Assembly (NCBI GenBank): GCA_050633245.1
Contig: JBOEGD010000007.1
Coordinates: forward strand, 251,624 to 315,623
Length of the DNA stretch: 64,000 bases
Direction of reading: 5' to 3'
Source of the DNA: Calditrichia bacterium
GTDB taxonomy: Bacteria > Calditrichota > Calditrichia > RBG-13-44-9 > J075
Below are positions 59,514 to 64,000 of this stretch, piece by piece. The notes under the pieces were generated by a model. It saw only the letters and a program-made list of their open reading frames with translations. It was not told where the DNA came from and made no database searches. Positions within the stretch are counted from its first letter, which is position 1, and the number at the start of each line of letters is the position of its first letter. The position numbers and the translations under genes are program-made.

Positions 59514-60520
59514 TCGGCTTCCCTTTCACCAAGTGCGTCTTCAATATGTTTATTAATCTGATTATCACCCATTCTACGCGCGACGCGGATTGCGTTCTTT
59601 AATGCTTTTGGAGATGAACTTCCGTGGCAAATAATAGAAATCCCATCAACACCTAAAAGTGGAATGCCGCCGTATTCCTCGTAGTCGAATCCCTGTTTCA
59701 ATTTACGCAATGCGGGCCGCAATAACAGGCCACCAATTTTGGAGGTAAAATTTTCTGAAATGGACTGCTTGAGTGAGTTTTGGAAGTGGCCAGCAATTCC
59801 CTCAGCAAACTTGAGAACAACATTCCCGGTAAAGCCGTCGGTTACAACGACATTTACGTCGCCGTTTAGCACGTCTCGTCCCTCGACATTGCCGGTAAAA
59901 TTGGGTAGACTTTTACTGAGGAGTTCATAAGAGGCGGCTGCGAGTTCATTGCCTTTAGATTTTTCAGCGCCGATATTCAGCAAACCAACCTTCGGAGAAT
60001 CGATTCCATAGGTCATTCCCATGTAAATCGAGCCCATCAAACCAAATTGAAGAAGATGGAGTGGTTTGCAATCTGAATTTGCGCCCACGTCTATCAGCAG
60101 CGTTACGCCCCCTTTTTCGGAAGGAATAAATGCACCAAGCGACGGCCTGCTTACACCTTTTACACGCCCTAGAGTGAATAGGCTGGAAGCCATCTGAGCT
60201 CCGGTGCTGCCTGCACTTACGAAGGCATCTGCTTCACCGTCCTTTTGAAGACGGGTTCCCTTAACCATTGAAGAATCTTTTTTCTGCCGCACCGCAGTAG
60301 TGGGCTGATCATTCATATCAATAACTTCGGAGGCGTGAATAATTTTGATGCGGGGTGAGGGCTTTTGACGGGAATCAGCAATAGCCTTCTCTATCGCGGC
60401 TTTATCACCAACGAGAAGAAGCTCATCATTTGTATTCGATTCCTTATCATACAAAAGCGCCCCTTGAACAGGGGCGTTTGGTGCATGATCGCCACCCATG
60501 GCGTCAATTACAATTCGCAC
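59483..60520 (-). CDS. plsX: Phosphate acyltransferase PlsX
   Basis: IDAMGGDHAP, SAGSTGA, DGFTGNVVLK, HGSS. Confidence 0.98.
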   Translation of the reverse strand: MRIVIDAMGGDHAPNAPVQGALLYDKESNTNDELLLVGDKAAIEKAIADSRQKPSPRIKIIHASEVIDMNDQPTTAVRQKKDSSMVKGTRLQKDGEADAFVSAGSTGAQMASSLFTLGRVKGVSRPSLGAFIPSEKGGVTLLIDVGANSDCKPLHLLQFGLMGSIYMGMTYGIDSPKVGLLNIGAEKSKGNELAAASYELLSKSLPNFTGNVEGRDVLNGDVNVVVTDGFTGNVVLKFAEGIAGHFQNSLKQSISENFTSKIGGLLLRPALRKLKQGFDYEEYGGIPLLGVDGISIICHGSSSPKALKNAIRVARRMGDNQINKHIEDALGEREAEWDEKQSSPA

Positions 60521-60545
60521 GTATCAGGTTTCCTTTAGCGTAAGA

Positions 60546-60731
60546 TTATTCTTCGCCTGCAGTTACCTTTTGACCTTTATAGTAGCCACAGTGCGGGCAA
60601 GCATGATGCGGCAAGCGTTGCTCATTACAGTTCGGGCATTCGCTCAACGAACGGGCGCTTAGTGCTCCCAACCATTGTGCTTTACGTTTATCACGCTTCG
60701 ATTTCGACGTTTTACGTTTTGGATTTGCCAT
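60546..60731 (-). CDS. rpmF: 50S ribosomal protein L32 (zinc-binding form)
   Basis: MANPKRKTSKSKRDKR, CPNC...PHHACPHCGYY. Confidence 0.97.
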   Translation of the reverse strand: MANPKRKTSKSKRDKRKAQWLGALSARSLSECPNCNEQRLPHHACPHCGYYKGQKVTAGEE

Positions 60732-60765
60732 CGATTCATCTCCTGATTCAATACTTACTATCTTT

Positions 60766-61260
60766 TTATTTTAGCAGTTCTTTTAATTTTTCCCAACGTG
60801 GGTCAATCTTCACCTCACCGCAGCCACATTCTTCCGGTTGTGAGTTCAAATTCGAACCACATTCTGCACAGAGGCCGCGGCAATCGTCCTTACATACCAA
60901 CTTCATGGGACGACTTAACAATAGCTGTTCAAAAATGCGATCGGAAAAATCGAACTCCACGGTTTCATTGGGGACATTGATAACGTCCTCTTCATTGGTT
61001 CCGATAAGATCTTCACCCACCTGTAACATCTGATGAAAAGACTCTTTCAGCGGTTGTTCAAATGGCTCTACGCAGCGATCACAGGTAAAATGAGCCGTGG
61101 TTTCGATTTCAACATCGCAACCTAAAGTAGCTCCGGATCGATTGACGCGCGCGCCGATCTGAATAGGATGGGGGTAATTCTCCGCTTCTCCACCTACAGC
61201 GCTCATTTCACTCTCAAAGTGATGTTCGCCGTCTTTTAAATGTAACACAGGTATTTTCAT
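60766..61260 (-). CDS. DUF177/YceD family protein
   Basis: CDRC, CKDDCRGLCAECG, IDPRWEKL; upstream of rpmF. Confidence 0.93.
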   Translation of the reverse strand: MKIPVLHLKDGEHHFESEMSAVGGEAENYPHPIQIGARVNRSGATLGCDVEIETTAHFTCDRCVEPFEQPLKESFHQMLQVGEDLIGTNEEDVINVPNETVEFDFSDRIFEQLLLSRPMKLVCKDDCRGLCAECGSNLNSQPEECGCGEVKIDPRWEKLKELLK

Positions 61261-61271
61261 AACAATCGAGT

Positions 61272-61300
61272 AAGTTAGAGCAAAGTGCTTATTTTGTCAA
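61272..61300 (-). promoter_or_regulatory. Putative sigma70 promoter of the DUF177-rpmF-plsX-fab operon
   Basis: TTGACA-17 nt-TAACTT, with the -10 box 11 nt from the ATG. Confidence 0.6.
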
Positions 61301-61312
61301 GCGCTTTATCAA

Positions 61313-62227
61313 TCAATCCGCCTGATTTTCCGGCACATAGGGCGTCTTCCAACGCTTGTGCATCCAAAGGTATTGCGTCGGATATTTTCGCACGTATCTT
61401 TCCAAACTGGCAATAGCTGCCGCGGTAACTGCGGTCAGGTTTTTTTGATTTACCTCACCATCAGTCTCTACAACTATTTCCTCCATGTCCATCAGGTATT
61501 TCATGGGGCCTGTTCTAACGCAGGAGTAGAAATAGATCGGCTTATTGCTGCGCAAATGGAGCAGTGCACTGCCAATGGGAGTAGACGCCATTTTTCCGAA
61601 GAAAGGCACGAAGACGCCCCGTTTTCCACCATCCTGATCACACAACAGCGCCAGCGCATGCCCGCGCTTTAATTCGGCCAAACCCTGACGCATAGCTCCA
61701 CGAGAATAAATTAGGCCGGCACCAAGGCGCTCACGAAAACGCACCATTGCTGCATCGACAAATGGATTACTCTGACGTTGCTGTATAGCATATGGCTCAT
61801 GCCAAAACTGATGTGTTACCCTTGATGTACCCAACTCCCAATTACCGAAATGACCGGTCATCACTACTGCCCCGTTCCCCTTTGCACCAATTTCCTTTAG
61901 CCATGCGGGACGGGTAAGCTCTACAACCGTATCAATTCGGTCGCGCCGCCAGCCCAGAGACTTCACAACTTCCAGTATCATTAAAATAAAATGATGATAC
62001 GAGCCATAGGCTATTTTTTTCTGCTCGTCTACAGACAATTCAGGAAAAGCGACTGACACATTATCAAGCGCAGTTTCCCGACGAAACTTCAGCACGTTAA
62101 ACACCAGCGATGCCAATAGATTCGCAATGCGATTCAATGCAAATTCCGGTATCATTCGAAAGAACCCGATTACAAGCAAAAAACCACTGTATTCAGCTAA
62201 ATATTTAAGACGTTTTGACCAGCTCAA
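61313..62227 (-). CDS. Lipid A biosynthesis acyltransferase (LpxL/LpxP family)
   Basis: GHFGNWE, LCDQD, VPFFG, YPTQYLWMHKRWK. Confidence 0.9.
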   Translation of the reverse strand: MSWSKRLKYLAEYSGFLLVIGFFRMIPEFALNRIANLLASLVFNVLKFRRETALDNVSVAFPELSVDEQKKIAYGSYHHFILMILEVVKSLGWRRDRIDTVVELTRPAWLKEIGAKGNGAVVMTGHFGNWELGTSRVTHQFWHEPYAIQQRQSNPFVDAAMVRFRERLGAGLIYSRGAMRQGLAELKRGHALALLCDQDGGKRGVFVPFFGKMASTPIGSALLHLRSNKPIYFYSCVRTGPMKYLMDMEEIVVETDGEVNQKNLTAVTAAAIASLERYVRKYPTQYLWMHKRWKTPYVPENQAD

Positions 62228-62424
62228 GAAAAACTCTCTCTAAGTTTTTTGCCCTGTTTGAGGGCAGAATTATGCGACAAGACATTAATTTGCCGGAAAA
62301 TGGCTAATTAATCGTGCAAAATCAATTTGCAATTGAATTATTTTATTTGATTTCTCGCCCATGCTTCCTTATTTTTTGTGTCTGTTTGAATATAACACGT
62401 TTTCCTAGAGGAGAAGTTTGCACT

Positions 62425-64000
62425 ATGATGGGACAATTGAGAAACATGACCAAGTGGGTTCTGTATATCCTTATTTTCGCTTTTCTGGCTCTAATGGTCT
62501 TTGAATGGGGTGCTGATGGCTCCATGTTTACCGGCGGTCAGTATGTAGGCGAAATCGAAGGTGAAGACATCGCACTTAAAGATTATCAAGAAGCCGTTCG
62601 TGAAGCGTATAATAACGAGCTCTATCGCACTGGTCAGCAGCCGCAGCAGGAACGCGCCACGGCACTGCGCAATCAGGTTTGGGAACAGCTTGTTCGCTCC
62701 CGCGTGCTTACACCTGTTGTAGAGGAAATGGGTATTGATGTAACCAGCGCAGATATTACGAACTTTATTATTAACAATCCGCCACCTGACTTGCGTCAAA
62801 GTGAGCAGCTGCAAACGAATGGCGTTTTTGATATTGAAAAATATAAGCAGCTGTTAGCCGTTCCGGAAAATCGCTCCAGCCTGGTTATTCAGGAAAATCT
62901 GCTAAGACGTGAACTACCCTTTATTAAGCTCGAAGAGATAATCAGCGCTTCCGCAGTGATCACTGAAGCCGAGATTCGCGATGAATTTATGGCCCAGAGC
63001 ATGAAATCCAAAATCGACTTCATGCTGGTGCCTCTCTCCTCCTTCCGCGATAAGCCGGTTGAAGTAACTGATACCGATATTGCCGGATACTATAACGAGA
63101 ATCGCAAAGAGTACAAGGTTGATGAAAAGCGCAAGTTGAACTACGTCTTCTTTTCCTCCGCCGCAACAAAGGCAGATACCGCTCAGGTATTTAACACAGC
63201 GCGCGGATTAATCCAGCAGGCAAATGAAGGCAAAGATTTTGCCGAACTGGCTCGCCTCTACTCGATCGATACAAGCAACAAAGATAAGGGTGGCGATTTA
63301 GGCTATTTTGATCGTTCTCGTATGGTAAAGCCCTTCTCAGACGCCGCATTTGATGCAGAAGTTGGCAGCATCGTTGGTCCCATCGAAACGCGTTTCGGTA
63401 TCCACATCATTAAGGTTACCGACCGCCGTACAACAGATGGCAAAGAAGAAACGCAGGCTTCACACATTCTGCTGGAAATCGGCCCGAGCACCGATACTAT
63501 TGACCTGGCCAATGGCAAGGCTAATGATTTTCTGGATGCACTGGTAGACAGAGACTTCTCTGTTGCCGCCGATGAAATGGGCTTCGAGATTAAACAAACA
63601 CCAGACTTTACAAACAACAATAATGGGACAATCCCGGGTGTTGGCCGCGCTGGTCAGGGTGCGGTGGCATGGGCCTTCAATGAGCCGATTGGCGAACATT
63701 CCCGCATTTATGAAACCGGCACCGGCTATGCGATTCTGGAAGTGGCAGATATTACACCGGAAGGCGTTCGCCCACTGAAGGATGTAACCGCAACCATCAA
63801 GAACCAACTTGAGGCTATAAATCGCCGCGCAATGACGATGGAATATGCCAAGACCATTGCAGGTCAGATTAATAAGTCGACCGACTTCCTGCAGTTCCGC
63901 GACAATAGCGATTTAACGCTTGTTGCCGATACTACCGGTTGGTTTGCCATGCAGGCATCTGTTCCGAAAGTCGGACGTGCACCAAGCGTAGCCGCAGCAG
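62425..64000 (+). CDS. PpiD-like membrane-anchored foldase (SurA-N + parvulin PPIase), 3' end outside window
   Basis: Not in the ORF track. SD GAGGAG, then MMGQLRNMTKWVLYILIFAFLALMVFEWG; parvulin motif FAELARLYSID...GGDLGYF...MVKPFSDAAF...GPIETRFGIHIIKV. Confidence 0.9.
   Translation, partial: MMGQLRNMTKWVLYILIFAFLALMVFEWGADGSMFTGGQYVGEIEGEDIALKDYQEAVREAYNNELYRTGQQPQQERATALRNQVWEQLVRSRVLTPVVEEMGIDVTSADITNFIINNPPPDLRQSEQLQTNGVFDIEKYKQLLAVPENRSSLVIQENLLRRELPFIKLEEIISASAVITEAEIRDEFMAQSMKSKIDFMLVPLSSFRDKPVEVTDTDIAGYYNENRKEYKVDEKRKLNYVFFSSAATKADTAQVFNTARGLIQQANEGKDFAELARLYSIDTSNKDKGGDLGYFDRSRMVKPFSDAAFDAEVGSIVGPIETRFGIHIIKVTDRRTTDGKEETQASHILLEIGPSTDTIDLANGKANDFLDALVDRDFSVAADEMGFEIKQTPDFTNNNNGTIPGVGRAGQGAVAWAFNEPIGEHSRIYETGTGYAILEVADITPEGVRPLKDVTATIKNQLEAINRRAMTMEYAKTIAGQINKSTDFLQFRDNSDLTLVADTTGWFAMQASVPKVGRAPSVAAA

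Noticed and set aside
62343-63807. Short ORFs near the right edge
   Set aside because: They are shadows of the + strand PpiD-like gene that runs off the window.

Overview
Bacterial chromosomal window, almost entirely minus-strand. The QNYPNPFNP C-terminal sorting domain, the Bat/MoxR locus and the gene style suggest an FCB-related lineage such as Calditrichota; this is inference. In coordinate order it holds: a truncated multi-PAS/GAF membrane sensor; a dcw cluster (transcribed mraZ-rsmH-ftsL-ftsI-murF-mraY-ftsW-murG-ftsQ-ftsA-ftsZ) lacking murE, murD, murC, murB and ddl; queA, ruvB, ruvA, ruvC, yebC and a SPOR lipoprotein; an Ig-domain lipoprotein; an extended MoxR/DUF58/Bat operon; a secreted protein; a Wzx/Wzy surface-polysaccharide locus; rnc and the fatty-acid block (fabF, acpP, fabG, fabD, fabH, plsX, rpmF, DUF177); a lipid A-type acyltransferase; and a truncated PpiD-like foldase. 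Three observations stand out. (1) Several gene junctions carry 7/8/10-nt tandem-repeat arms. At two of them the arms pair through G-U wobbles on the + strand only, and one such pair encloses an antisense four-helix-bundle (23S rRNA IVP family) gene; this is a candidate IVS-like mobile element with ORF-less relatives. (2) Two overlapping fusion genes each join an intact-looking enzyme (WecA-like PGT; GT2) to a WbaP/WcaJ-like module that has lost its catalytic Asp-Glu dyad. (3) The ligases for stem-peptide positions 1-3 are selectively absent from dcw. No tRNA, rRNA, CRISPR array or transposase was recognised. All calls come from reading motifs by eye, without database searches.
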